This document shows, one piece after another, positions 46,013-55,738 of a stretch of 64,000 nucleotides of DNA; the first letter of the stretch is position 1; every line of letters begins with the position of its first letter. Where the stretch lies: contig JAULAX010000010.1 of the NCBI GenBank assembly GCA_032654565.1, positions 128,001 to 192,000 on the forward strand, written 5' to 3'. The notes beneath the pieces are model-generated. The model was not told the origin of the DNA, made no database searches, and was given only the letters and a program-made list of their open reading frames with translations. This stretch comes from Anaeromyxobacteraceae bacterium. GTDB taxonomy: Bacteria > Myxococcota > Myxococcia > Myxococcales > Anaeromyxobacteraceae. The position numbers and the translations under genes were made by a program.

Positions 46013-48610
46013 ATGCGCTTCTCGACGCGTCTCCTCGCGGTTCTCTCCCTCGGCGGCCTGCTCGGCACGCTCGCGGCCTGCGGCGGTGGCAGCACCACGC
46101 CGCCGCCCCCCGCGACCACCTACTCCATCAGCGGCACCATCAGCGGCGCCGCCAGCGTCACCGTGGCGCTCAGCGGGGCCGCCACCGCGACCACGACCAC
46201 CGACGGGGCGGGCGGCTACACCTTCACCGGGCTGGCCAACGGGGCCTACACGGTCACGCCCTCCAAGGCCGGCTACGCCTTCAGCCCGCTGAGCACGGCC
46301 GTGACCGTGGCCGGCGCCAGCTCGACGGGCAGGAACTTCACGGCCACGGCGGCCGCCACCACCTGGTCGATCCCGGTCGCGGTGACCGGCGCCGTCCAGT
46401 CGGGCGTCACGCTCACGCTCACGCAGGCCGGCACCACCCTGGGGACCGCGATCACCGGCACCGGGGGGCTCTACACCTTCGCCGGGCTGCTCGACGGCAG
46501 CTACACGGTGACGCCCTCCCTGGCCGGCTACACCTTCCTACCCGCCAGCTCCAACGTGACGGTGGCCGGCGCCAACTCCCCGACCCAGACCTTCGCGGCG
46601 ACCGCCATCTCCTACACCGTCTCGGGCCACGTGGGCGGGGCCAGCGCCGTCACCGTCACCGTCACCGGCTCCCCGGCGCCCCCGCCGGCCGTCACCGACG
46701 GCGCCGGCAACTACAGCTTCAGCCTCCCCGGGGGCTCGTACACCATCACCCCGTCGAAGGCCGGGTACGCCTTCACGCCGGCCTCGGCCGCCGTGGTGGT
46801 GGCGGGGGCCAGCGTGACGGTGCCCAACTTCACCGGCGCGGTCTCCTCCACCTTCACCCTCTCCGGCACCGTGACCGGCCCCTGGGTCCAGGGTGTCACC
46901 ATCGCGCTCTCCGGCGCCTCCACCGCCACCACCACCACCGACGTCAACGGCGCCTACACCATCTCCGGCATCCCCAACGACACCGTGACGGTGACCCCGT
47001 CGCTGGACGGCTACACCTTCAGCCCGGCCGCGCCCACCGTGACCATGGCCGGCGCAGCGAAGACGCAGCACTTCACCGCCACCTCCGCCATCCCCTCCCA
47101 CAGCATCTCCGGGACGGTGACCTATGGCGGCGGCAAGCTCGGGCGGGTCGTCGTCTCGGCCTACTGGAGCGGCTGCTCCAACAACTGCTCGCCGCAGGCC
47201 ATCACCAGCTTGGCCGCCCCCGGGGCCTACACCCTCCGCGGGCTCCTCAACGGCACCTACGCGGTCTCGGCGAGGCTCGACAGCGGCGGCCAGGGGGCGC
47301 AGAACGCCTCGGATCCCACCGGGATGTCCGCCGGCTCGGTCAACGTCAACAACGCCGACGTGCCCGGCGTCAACGTGGCGCTCTCCGACCCGATGACCAC
47401 GCCGACGCCGGCCACCCTCGCCGCCCCCAACCTCCTGCCCGGGAACGGCGGCGTGCTGCTCTTCTGGAACGTCGACAAGGACCTGAGCCAGCGGGAGAAG
47501 GCCACCAGCTACGACGTCTCCTTCGGCGCCACCTCGACGGCCGACACCACGGTCGTCAATGTCCCGGCCAGGGACGACGGGGTCTACTTCCGCTCCGGGC
47601 TGGTCACCGGGACCACGTATCATTTCAAGGTTCGCTCCAACGTGGGCGCCACGAATGGAACCTACTCGCCGGTCGCCGCCGGGACCATCGGCCCGGTGGC
47701 GGGCGGGTTCACGGTCTCCGGGACGGTGAGCTTCCCGGTGCCGGCGACCGGCCCCCTCTACCTGGCCATCGGCGACGGCAACACCGGCAACCTGCAGGTC
47801 TCCGCCTACGCCACGCCGCTCACCAGCCCGGTCTCGTTCACGGTCACCGGCCTCCCCGCCGGCACCTGGGGCGTCTACGCCATCCTCGACCAGAACGGGA
47901 ACGGCACCATCGACGACGGTGACCTGAAGAACGTCAACGGCGGCGACGCGCCGATGGTCACGGTCGGCCCCAGCCAGGCCGGCCTCACCGTGGCCCTCAC
48001 CGCGACCAAGGGGTTCGCCACCACCGCCACCGAGCACTCCCTGAACCAGGGCGGCACCAGCCACGGCTACGGCCTCCAGAACACCGTCGCCGGCAACCTG
48101 CAGCGGGTGGTGAAGGCCGCCGTGGTGGCGGGCAAGCACATCGCCGTCCCCGCCGACCTGGGCGGGAGCCGGGAGTTCTACGCCTGGTCGAACCTGGCCT
48201 CCCCGGCGGTGCCGGCCGTCGGTGACGCCTACACCTTCCAGGTCACCTACGCCGACGGCAGCACCGAGCTGCTCACCTCGACGGTGACCGCGGTGCTGAG
48301 CAGCTTCGCCCGGAACCTGGGCGAAGACACCACCACGCTCGGCACGGCGGCCCAGCCCTACTTCACCTGGTCGGCGCCGGCCTCGCCGCCGGCCAACTAT
48401 GGCTACAGCCTGTCGGTCTGGGGGAGCGCCAACTGGTACTACCCGAGGGACGCCTGGATGGTCCCGAGCGGCGTGACCGGGGTCCGCTACAACGTCGACG
48501 GCACCGCCTCGGCCACCAACCTCACCACCGGCACCTACACCTGGAGCGTCACCGTCTACGACGCCGCCAAGAACCGGGCTCGCCAGGAGAAGATCTACAT
48601 CGTCCCGTAG
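46013..48610 (+). CDS. Paralogous large surface repeat lipoprotein
   Basis: Lipobox LAAC, about 5 repeats, and a C-terminal half closely matching the upstream gene (EKATSYDVS, YAILDQNGNG, YTWSVTVYDAAKNRA). Confidence 0.85.
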   Translation: MRFSTRLLAVLSLGGLLGTLAACGGGSTTPPPPATTYSISGTISGAASVTVALSGAATATTTTDGAGGYTFTGLANGAYTVTPSKAGYAFSPLSTAVTVAGASSTGRNFTATAAATTWSIPVAVTGAVQSGVTLTLTQAGTTLGTAITGTGGLYTFAGLLDGSYTVTPSLAGYTFLPASSNVTVAGANSPTQTFAATAISYTVSGHVGGASAVTVTVTGSPAPPPAVTDGAGNYSFSLPGGSYTITPSKAGYAFTPASAAVVVAGASVTVPNFTGAVSSTFTLSGTVTGPWVQGVTIALSGASTATTTTDVNGAYTISGIPNDTVTVTPSLDGYTFSPAAPTVTMAGAAKTQHFTATSAIPSHSISGTVTYGGGKLGRVVVSAYWSGCSNNCSPQAITSLAAPGAYTLRGLLNGTYAVSARLDSGGQGAQNASDPTGMSAGSVNVNNADVPGVNVALSDPMTTPTPATLAAPNLLPGNGGVLLFWNVDKDLSQREKATSYDVSFGATSTADTTVVNVPARDDGVYFRSGLVTGTTYHFKVRSNVGATNGTYSPVAAGTIGPVAGGFTVSGTVSFPVPATGPLYLAIGDGNTGNLQVSAYATPLTSPVSFTVTGLPAGTWGVYAILDQNGNGTIDDGDLKNVNGGDAPMVTVGPSQAGLTVALTATKGFATTATEHSLNQGGTSHGYGLQNTVAGNLQRVVKAAVVAGKHIAVPADLGGSREFYAWSNLASPAVPAVGDAYTFQVTYADGSTELLTSTVTAVLSSFARNLGEDTTTLGTAAQPYFTWSAPASPPANYGYSLSVWGSANWYYPRDAWMVPSGVTGVRYNVDGTASATNLTTGTYTWSVTVYDAAKNRARQEKIYIVP

Positions 48611-48660
48611 CCGGGGCCTCGGCTTCCTGAGTGGAGCGGCGGGGCGATCCCCCGCCGTTC

Positions 48661-49062
48661 TCACGTCCGGGTCCCGTCGCCCCGGGTCGCCGCTGCCAGC
48701 TGCGCCCGCACCGTCTGGACCAGCCGCTCGACGCCGAACGGCTTCTCCAGCACGGCGTCGGCGTCGCCCGGGGAGGCGCCGCGCCCGGGGAGCAGCCCGG
48801 AGACCAGCACCAGCCGGACCCCGGCCAGCGCCGGCTGCTGGCGGATGCGGGCCAGCAGCTCGGTGCCGGTCAGGCCCGGCATCTGCTGGTCGACGATCAC
48901 CACCGCCGGGACCGGGGCCTCGCCGAGCCGGAGGAGCGCGGCGGTGGCGTCGCGGGCCACCGAGACCTCGAACCCTTCCCCCTCCAGGCACTCGGTGATG
49001 TTCTCGAGGAGCGCGGCGTCGTCGTCGACGACCAGGACATGGGGGCGGAGGGGCACCACCAC
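48661..49062 (-). CDS. Single-domain response regulator
   Basis: VLVVDDD, IVDQQMPGLTG and LEKPF. Confidence 0.88.
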   Translation of the reverse strand: MVVPLRPHVLVVDDDAALLENITECLEGEGFEVSVARDATAALLRLGEAPVPAVVIVDQQMPGLTGTELLARIRQQPALAGVRLVLVSGLLPGRGASPGDADAVLEKPFGVERLVQTVRAQLAAATRGDGTRT

Positions 49063-49113
49063 AGGGTACCTACTGGCGGGCGCCCCCGGGGGCAACCGGT
49101 CCGGGCGCCCGCG

Positions 49114-50346
49114 TCAGCGGCCGTTGACGGCGCCGGGGTCATCTGTGACGCTCGGTGCGTGACGTGGAGGGGGTGCCCCGGCCGCCGGCTCCACCCCGGT
49201 CCGGATCACCTGCTCGGCGCGGCAGGCCTCCTCGAGGCCGGCGTCGCAGGCCTGGCGGATGTACCGGTAGCCCAGGCCGGCGTCGGCGGAGACCCCTTGC
49301 CCGCGGTAGTAGCGGTAGCCGACGTTGGCCAGCACCGAGCGGGCGGCGAGGCGGATGGGCGGGCTGCGGGTCTCGCGGAGGAGCCGGTCGGCGCCGGCCG
49401 CGGCGGCGGCCAGGTCGTCGTGCCCCACCGCCACCACCGCCCGGACCAGCTCCACCTGGTCGAGCTTCACGCCGGCGGCGTCGAGCCGGGCCAGCTCGCG
49501 CTCGGCGGTGGCCACGTCCTCCCGCTCCAGGGCGTCGAGGGCCTGGCGCAGCGACTGCTCGGCGCCGTACCGGGACAGGCCCGGCCGCGGCCAGACCGCG
49601 GCGACCAGCACCGCGCCGGCCACCAGCCCGAAGGGCAGCCAGGCCCCGGGCCGGCGGGGGAAGGGGCGGGTCATGAGCCAGGCGGCGGCGGCGCCGGTGA
49701 GCAGCCCGCCGAAGTGGGCGGCGTGGTCGATGGGGAGGTCGGCCGCCAGCGCCAGCACCGTCCAGACCGCCAGCTGCCCGGCGATGGAGAGCGTCGACGG
49801 GCTTCGCAGGAAGGGGCGCCAGCCCGGCAGCAGGCGGCGGTGGACCACCAGGGTGGCGCCGATCATGCCGAAGAGCGCCCCCGAGGCCCCGGCGCCGACG
49901 GCGTCGTGCGTGGCCATCGAGGCCGCCGAGGCCCCCACCCCGGCCAGCAGGTAGAGGGCGAGGAAGCGACGGTGGCCGAAGACCCGCTCCACCATCCGGC
50001 ACCAGCCGAAGCCGAAGATCGAGTTGGCCAGCAGGTGGACCCAGCCGATGTGGAGGAAGACGGCGGTGAGCAGGCGCCACCACTGCCCGGCGCCGATGAG
50101 CCCTCGCTCCAGGGCTCCGGCGGCGATGAGCGCCTCGCTGCTGGTGGGGTCGTCGAAGTGCCAGGAGAGCAGGGCGAGGACGGCGACGTTGAGGGCCACC
50201 AGGGCGGCCGCCGCCGGGGCCTCGGCCAGGGTGGCCAGCCGGGAGGGGCGGGGTGGTGGGGGAGGGGGCGACGCCGTGACCCCCGGCCATGGCGGGGGCG
50301 TAAACGGCTGCTCTCGTGGGGTTGGCTGGCGAGGCTCCTGCTCCAT
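49114..50346 (-). CDS. Rhomboid intramembrane serine protease with Sel1-like C-terminus
   Basis: WWRLLTAVFLHIGWVHL, GASGA and AAHFGG. C-terminal YYRGQGV..D...YIRQACDAG...AC. Confidence 0.9.
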   Translation of the reverse strand: MEQEPRQPTPREQPFTPPPWPGVTASPPPPPPRPSRLATLAEAPAAAALVALNVAVLALLSWHFDDPTSSEALIAAGALERGLIGAGQWWRLLTAVFLHIGWVHLLANSIFGFGWCRMVERVFGHRRFLALYLLAGVGASAASMATHDAVGAGASGALFGMIGATLVVHRRLLPGWRPFLRSPSTLSIAGQLAVWTVLALAADLPIDHAAHFGGLLTGAAAAWLMTRPFPRRPGAWLPFGLVAGAVLVAAVWPRPGLSRYGAEQSLRQALDALEREDVATAERELARLDAAGVKLDQVELVRAVVAVGHDDLAAAAAGADRLLRETRSPPIRLAARSVLANVGYRYYRGQGVSADAGLGYRYIRQACDAGLEEACRAEQVIRTGVEPAAGAPPPRHAPSVTDDPGAVNGR

Positions 50347-50423
50347 CACTTCACCTTAACGCGGGCGCAGGGCCCGGAAAGGGTATGCAACTCCTGCGTC
50401 ACGAAGTCGCCGGCCGGGCTACC

Positions 50424-51494
50424 ATGGAAATCGTGACCGAGTACATCGTCAACCCGCGGCGCGCGCCGCGGGCACCGTCGCGCTGCGCCGCGCTGGTGCA
50501 CACCCCGGACGCCGCCTGGAGCGCGGAGACCGAGGACATCGGGCCCATGGGCTGCCAGCTGGTGGCGCCGGGCGCGATGGCGCGCGGCCTGCCGCTGACG
50601 TTGGTCTTCGCCAACCCCAAGGTGCAGGGGTCGCTCCAGGTGGACGGCAAGGTGGCCTGGGCCAGCTCGCGGTCGCCGTGGCGCGTCGGGGTGGCCTTCG
50701 GCGACGCGAGCCGGGCACAGGCCGAGCGCTGGATCGCCCAGCTGGTGGCCGCCCACCCCGGCCTGACCGGCTTCCGGCGGGTGCCCGACCGGCTCCCGGT
50801 CGACGCCATGATCTTCCTCGCCCCGCCCCCCACCTACCTCGTCGATTTCACCGCCGAGGAGGTGGAGGTGCTGCGCCACGTGGCCAGCGGGACCACCGTG
50901 TCCTCGCTGCGCCGCCGGCTCTCCAGCAACTGGAGCGCCGCCCAGCGGGCGGTCTTCTCGCTGCTGGCGCGCGGCGCGGTGACCGTCTCCGGGAGCGCAG
51001 CGGTCCACCCGTCGGCCTGGAAGAAGGTGATGGCCGACCTGGAGGTCGACTTCGTGCTCGAGGTGGCGCGGGCGATACGGCCGGAGCCGGTGATCGAGCG
51101 GCGGGCGCGGGGACCGTCGCTCCCCGACGGGCCCATCGACATGGAGCTCGACCCCCGCTTCACGCCCGCCCCCGGCCCCGGCCTGATGACGGTGCCCGCG
51201 GCCCCCGCGGCCCCGGCGGCGAATGGGCGGCCGCCAACGTCGTTCCCCACCCCGGGACCCATGGCCGCGGTCCAGCCGGCCCCTCCTCCCGGCTCCTCGA
51301 CCGCCGGGACCGGCTGGCGCGGCGACGTCCGGCTCCGCTCCCGCGAGGCGCAGGAGTGCTTCGACATCGGCCGGGCCGAGCTGGCGGCCGGCCGGGGGAG
51401 CAGCGCCATGGCCCACCTGCGCCGCGCCCTGCAGCTGGCCCCGGGCGACGCCGAGATCGCCGCCACCATCGGCCGCGCCATGGCTGGCGGGTAG
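50424..51494 (+). CDS. PilZ-domain protein with C-terminal TPR
   Basis: RRAPR and EDIGPMG PilZ motifs, and C-terminal HLRRALQLAPGDAE. Confidence 0.8.
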   Translation: MEIVTEYIVNPRRAPRAPSRCAALVHTPDAAWSAETEDIGPMGCQLVAPGAMARGLPLTLVFANPKVQGSLQVDGKVAWASSRSPWRVGVAFGDASRAQAERWIAQLVAAHPGLTGFRRVPDRLPVDAMIFLAPPPTYLVDFTAEEVEVLRHVASGTTVSSLRRRLSSNWSAAQRAVFSLLARGAVTVSGSAAVHPSAWKKVMADLEVDFVLEVARAIRPEPVIERRARGPSLPDGPIDMELDPRFTPAPGPGLMTVPAAPAAPAANGRPPTSFPTPGPMAAVQPAPPPGSSTAGTGWRGDVRLRSREAQECFDIGRAELAAGRGSSAMAHLRRALQLAPGDAEIAATIGRAMAGG

Positions 51495-51699
51495 GGCCCG
51501 GCTCGCGACCCCGGTCCTCGCAGGAGCGAGGGGCGGGGGCGTGGAGGGGTCCGCGCGCCGCGCCGCGGGTCCCAGGCGACGTAAATTGTGGACCGGACTG
51601 GTCAAATCCACGATCCGACCGGTCTTGACTGATCCGCCCCGCATTGGTACTCCCGGCGGGCCGCCCTGTTCATCCACTACAACGGAGGGTACGTCCCCG

Positions 51700-54600
51700 A
51701 TGTACAAGATCGTCCGCCGCGAGGCCTTCTCCGACACGACCTTCCTCTGGGATGTCCACGCCCCCGACGTGGCCAAGGCCGCTGAACCAGGGCACTTCGT
51801 GATGCTGCGCCTCGGCACCGGCGCCGAGCGCATCCCGCTCACGGTCGCCGACTTCGACCGGGAGAAGGGGACCATCACCATGGTCATCCAGGCGCTCGGC
51901 AAGACCACCCGCCAGATGATGACCGACTACAAGGAGGGGGACGAGTTCGAGGACTTCGTCGGCCCGCTCGGCCTGCCCCAGCACATCGGCAAGGTCGGCC
52001 ACGTGGTGCTGGTGGGCGGCGGCCTCGGCGTCGCCCCGGTCTTCCCGCAGCTGCGCGCCTTCAAGGCGGCCGGCAACCGGGTCACCGGCATCATCGGCTT
52101 CCGGAACAAGGACCTGGTCTTCTGGGAGAAGAAGTTCGCCGAGTACTGCGACGACCTGATCGTCTGCACCGACGACGGCAGCTACGGCAAGCCCGGCTTC
52201 GTCACCCAGGCCTTGAAGGAGCTCTGCGAGAAGGACAAGCCGGACCTGGCCGTGGCCATCGGCCCACTGCCCATGATGAACGCCTGCGTCGAGACCACCC
52301 GGCCCTTCGCGGTGAAGACCATGGTGTCGCTCAACGCCATCATGGTGGACGGCACCGGCATGTGCGGCTCCTGCCGCGTCACCGTGGGCAAGGAGGTGCG
52401 GTTCGCCTGCGTCGACGGCCCCGACTTCGACGGCCACCAGGTCGACTTCAAGGAGCTGCTGGCGCGCCAGCGCCGCTTCAAGATCCAGGAGACCGCGGCC
52501 ACCGAGGACTACGCCCACGTCTGCAACCTGGAGAAGCAGCTCTTCCAGGAGCAGAAGCGCAACTACAAGAAGATCAAGGAGCTGACGCCCCACCAGGCCA
52601 AGATGCCGGAGCGCGACCACGTGGAGCGCGCCCGCAACTTCAAGGAGGTCAACCTGGGGTACTCCATCCAGGACGCCCTCCTCGAGGCCGAGCGTTGCAT
52701 CCAGTGCTCCAAGCCGACCTGCATCGCCGGCTGTCCGGTGGCCATCGACATCCCGCGCTTCATCCGCCACCTGGTGGTGCGCGACATCGACGGCGCCCTC
52801 GAGGTCATCAACGAGGCCTCGATCTTCCCCTCGGTCTGCGGCCGGGTCTGCCCCCAGGAGACCCAGTGCGAGGCCCAGTGCATCATCGCCAAGAAGGTCG
52901 AGTCGGTCGGCATCGGCCGGCTGGAGCGCTTCGTCGGTGACAACGCCCGGCCCAAGCCGGTGGTCCCGCCGGTCTTCGCCGCCGGCGACAAGCTCGGCCG
53001 GGTGGCGGTCTGCGGCTCCGGCCCGGCCGGCCTGGCGGTGGCCGCCGATCTGGTCAAGTTCGGCTGCGACGTGACGGTCTACGAGGCCCTCCACGTGGTC
53101 GGCGGGGTGCTCCGCTACGGCATTCCCTCCTTCCGCCTGCCCCGCGAGATCATCGACCGCGAGGTGAAGCGGCTCACCGACCTGGGCGTGAAGATCGAGA
53201 CCAACAAGGTCATCGGCAAGACCTTCACGGTGCCCCAGCTGATGGGCGAGAAGGGCTACGACGCCGTCTTCCTCGGCGTCGGCGCCGGCGCCCCGGCCTT
53301 CCTCGGCATCCCCGGTGAGTTCGCCGGCCAGGTCTACTCGGCCAACGAGTTCCTCACCCGCGTCAACCTCATGGGCGGCGACCAGTTCCCGCTGCAGGAC
53401 ACCCCGGTCTCCATCGGCTCCAGCGCCGTGGTCATCGGCGCCGGCAACACCGCCATGGACTGCCTGCGGGTGGCCAAGCGGCTCGGCACCGCCACCGTCC
53501 GCTGCGTCTACCGGCGCACCGAGGCCGAGGCCCCGGCCCGCATCGAGGAGATCCGCCACGCCAAGGAGGAGGGGATCGAGTTCTTCTTCCTCCACTCGCC
53601 GGTGGAGATCTACGTCGACCCCGACGGCAACGTGAAGGGGATGAAGGTCGAGGAGATGGTGCTGGGCGACCCGGACGAGAAGGGGCGCCGCAAGCCCATC
53701 GCCACCGGCAAGTTCAAGGACCTCGAGTGCGACACCGTCATCTACGCCCTCGGCACCAAGGCCAACCCGGTCATCACCCAGTCCACCCCCGGGCTGACCC
53801 TCAACAAGTGGGGCAACATCGTCGCCGACGACGGCAAGACCCAGTGCACCTCCCTGCCCGGGGTCTTCGCCGGCGGTGACATCGTCACCGGCGGCGCCAC
53901 GGTGATCCTCGCCATGGGGGCCGGGCGCCGGGCGGCCCGCTCCATCGGCGCCTACCTCAAGGGCAAGAAGGCGAAGTGGCCCATGACCGAGGACGACATG
54001 GCCACCTTCACGCCGCCCACCGCGCTGGGCCAGGCCGGCGCCGCCGGCGCCTCGTCGACCCCGGCCGCCGCCGGCGCCGCCAAGCTCTGCCCCAAGTGCC
54101 GGCAGCCGCTCGAGGGCGAGGAGGAGTACGTCTGCTGCGCCACCTCCAAGCTCACCTGGAAGTGCCAGGACTGCGCCAAGGTCAGCGAGGGCTTCGCCTT
54201 CCCCTACGGGATGTGCCCCTCCTGCGGCGGCAAGCTCAAGGTGGCCGATCCGGCCAAGGTGGCCGACGCCGCCGCGCTCGAGGCCGTCCGCATCGCCTTC
54301 GAGATCGAGCTGGGAGGCATGGCCTTCTACGGCCGCGCCGCCCAGGAGGCCACCGACCCCATGCTCCGCGACCTCTTCGGCCGCTTCGCCGAGATGGAGA
54401 AGGAGCACATGGCGACGCTGTCACGCCGCTACCACGTGCAGGTGCCGGCCGCCGGTGACTTCAAGGTCGACCGGGCCGCCATCTACGCCGGCATCCCCAA
54501 CCGCCCCGAGGACCCGGCCAACCTCTTCCGCATCGCCATCGCCTTCGAGGAGCGGGCGGTGAAGTTCTTCACCGAGCGCGGCGTCGCGGTGGCCGCGGGC

Positions 54601-54711
54601 ACGCCCGAGCAGCTGCTCTACAAGGAGCTGGCCGCCGAGGAGCAGGAGCACGTCGACCTGCTCACCACCGAGCTGAAGCGCTGGCAGGCGGGCAAGCCCG
54701 GGCTCATGTAG
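51700..54711 (+). CDS. Fused NfnA-NfnB (SudB/SudA-like, GltD-like) oxidoreductase with C-terminal Cys-rich and ferritin/rubrerythrin-like domains
   Basis: ERIPLT, GGGLGVAP, DGTGMCGSCRV and CVDGP; then CIQC, CGRVCPQETQCE, GSGPAG and GAGNTAMD; then CPKC, CQDC, CPSC and two ExxH motifs (EKEH, EQEH). Confidence 0.9.
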   Translation: MYKIVRREAFSDTTFLWDVHAPDVAKAAEPGHFVMLRLGTGAERIPLTVADFDREKGTITMVIQALGKTTRQMMTDYKEGDEFEDFVGPLGLPQHIGKVGHVVLVGGGLGVAPVFPQLRAFKAAGNRVTGIIGFRNKDLVFWEKKFAEYCDDLIVCTDDGSYGKPGFVTQALKELCEKDKPDLAVAIGPLPMMNACVETTRPFAVKTMVSLNAIMVDGTGMCGSCRVTVGKEVRFACVDGPDFDGHQVDFKELLARQRRFKIQETAATEDYAHVCNLEKQLFQEQKRNYKKIKELTPHQAKMPERDHVERARNFKEVNLGYSIQDALLEAERCIQCSKPTCIAGCPVAIDIPRFIRHLVVRDIDGALEVINEASIFPSVCGRVCPQETQCEAQCIIAKKVESVGIGRLERFVGDNARPKPVVPPVFAAGDKLGRVAVCGSGPAGLAVAADLVKFGCDVTVYEALHVVGGVLRYGIPSFRLPREIIDREVKRLTDLGVKIETNKVIGKTFTVPQLMGEKGYDAVFLGVGAGAPAFLGIPGEFAGQVYSANEFLTRVNLMGGDQFPLQDTPVSIGSSAVVIGAGNTAMDCLRVAKRLGTATVRCVYRRTEAEAPARIEEIRHAKEEGIEFFFLHSPVEIYVDPDGNVKGMKVEEMVLGDPDEKGRRKPIATGKFKDLECDTVIYALGTKANPVITQSTPGLTLNKWGNIVADDGKTQCTSLPGVFAGGDIVTGGATVILAMGAGRRAARSIGAYLKGKKAKWPMTEDDMATFTPPTALGQAGAAGASSTPAAAGAAKLCPKCRQPLEGEEEYVCCATSKLTWKCQDCAKVSEGFAFPYGMCPSCGGKLKVADPAKVADAAALEAVRIAFEIELGGMAFYGRAAQEATDPMLRDLFGRFAEMEKEHMATLSRRYHVQVPAAGDFKVDRAAIYAGIPNRPEDPANLFRIAIAFEERAVKFFTERGVAVAAGTPEQLLYKELAAEEQEHVDLLTTELKRWQAGKPGLM

Positions 54712-54740
54712 ATCGGGCGGCGCTCGCGCCGCCCGGAATG

Positions 54741-54782
54741 GAGAGAGGTCCGTTCCTCGAGGAGCGGACCCCTTCTCGTTTT
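54741..54782 (+). terminator. Intrinsic terminator between convergent genes
   Basis: GGTCCGTTCC-TCGA-GGAGCGGACC stem followed by a T-rich tail. A second hairpin lies at 54714-54735. Confidence 0.65.
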
Positions 54783-54825
54783 CGCTGGTCGGGAAGCGGC
54801 GCGAACGCCGGCGGGCCGGCCCCGG

Positions 54826-55224
54826 TCAGCCGATCTCGACGGCGTTCGGGCTGTAGCAGGAGAGGGCCAGCAGGCTGGTCCGCTGCCACTTGCGCGCCGG
54901 GCTGGAGATGAAGCGCAGCCGGTACTGCTTGTCGCCGGCCGCCTGGATCTTCTGGATCCAGTAGATGAAGCTCTTGAAGCCGGAGGAGTTGCAGAACTCC
55001 AGCTCGGTGAAGTCGACGCGGACGTCCTTGGCCCCGGCCTTGAGCAGGTGGTCGTGGACCTGGTCGACGAACGGGTTGAGCACGCTGGCCGGGTTGACGG
55101 TGCTGATGGTGCCGCGGAACTGGACGCGGGCGCCCAGCGGCTCCACGTGCATGGTCGCCGAGTACTTCTCCTCGGAGACCTGGATGGTCGGGGCGCGGGC
55201 GCCGGGCGGGGACGGGTTAGCCAT
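54826..55224 (-). CDS. STAS/SiaC-like anti-anti-sigma-type protein
   Basis: VRVDFTELEFCNSSGFK resembles the STAS D.S.L.F.DSSG phospho-Ser motif. Confidence 0.7.
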   Translation of the reverse strand: MANPSPPGARAPTIQVSEEKYSATMHVEPLGARVQFRGTISTVNPASVLNPFVDQVHDHLLKAGAKDVRVDFTELEFCNSSGFKSFIYWIQKIQAAGDKQYRLRFISSPARKWQRTSLLALSCYSPNAVEIG

Positions 55225-55738
55225 GTGTGACTCCTGGGATCTGGATCTGGGGCGCGCGCAGGCGGCCCCAGGCGAGGACGGTGATGCGGCTCCCCTCGCG
55301 GGTGATGGAGAGCTCGAGCTGGGCCTCGAAGCGGACACGCGCCAGGCCGAGCCCGCCGCGCTGGTTCATGGGGGCCTCGGCCATGGCCCGGAGATAGCTC
55401 TGCAGCGGGTCGGGCTCCTGGTTGATGCGATCGAGCCGGCCCTTGAAGTCCTGGAACTGCTCATCGGAGGCCGGGTTGGAGACGGCGATCTCGATCCGGT
55501 CGGCCGTCGGGTCGACCTGCAGGGTCAGGTCGACGCTCTCGCCGCCGGCGTGGGGGATGGCGTTCTGCATCAGCTCGTGGACCGCCAGCGCCACCTGCGC
55601 CTCCCGGCTCTGGCCCGGGCAGGCGCAGGAGCAGAAGGACTCGACGAACCTCCGGATCTCGTCGACGAAGACCCAGGGCGGCTTCATCCGCAGCATCAGG
55701 AAGATGGGGCGGTTGGTATCGATGGTTTCAGTTGTCAT
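55217..55738 (-). CDS. HATPase-fold protein (RsbW/SiaB-like Ser kinase)
   Basis: N-box AVHELMQNAI and G2-box GGLGLARV. Confidence 0.75.
   Translation of the reverse strand: MTTETIDTNRPIFLMLRMKPPWVFVDEIRRFVESFCSCACPGQSREAQVALAVHELMQNAIPHAGGESVDLTLQVDPTADRIEIAVSNPASDEQFQDFKGRLDRINQEPDPLQSYLRAMAEAPMNQRGGLGLARVRFEAQLELSITREGSRITVLAWGRLRAPQIQIPGVTHG

Noticed and set aside
51586..51613. Rex-like operator upstream of the nfn fusion (TTGTGGA...TCCACGA)
   Set aside because: The half-site spacing is far longer than TTGTGAA-N4-TTCACAA, so it cannot be supported.
51700..54711. Glutamate synthase small subunit (gltD) call
   Set aside because: It is fused to an NfnA-like domain and there is no gltB nearby.
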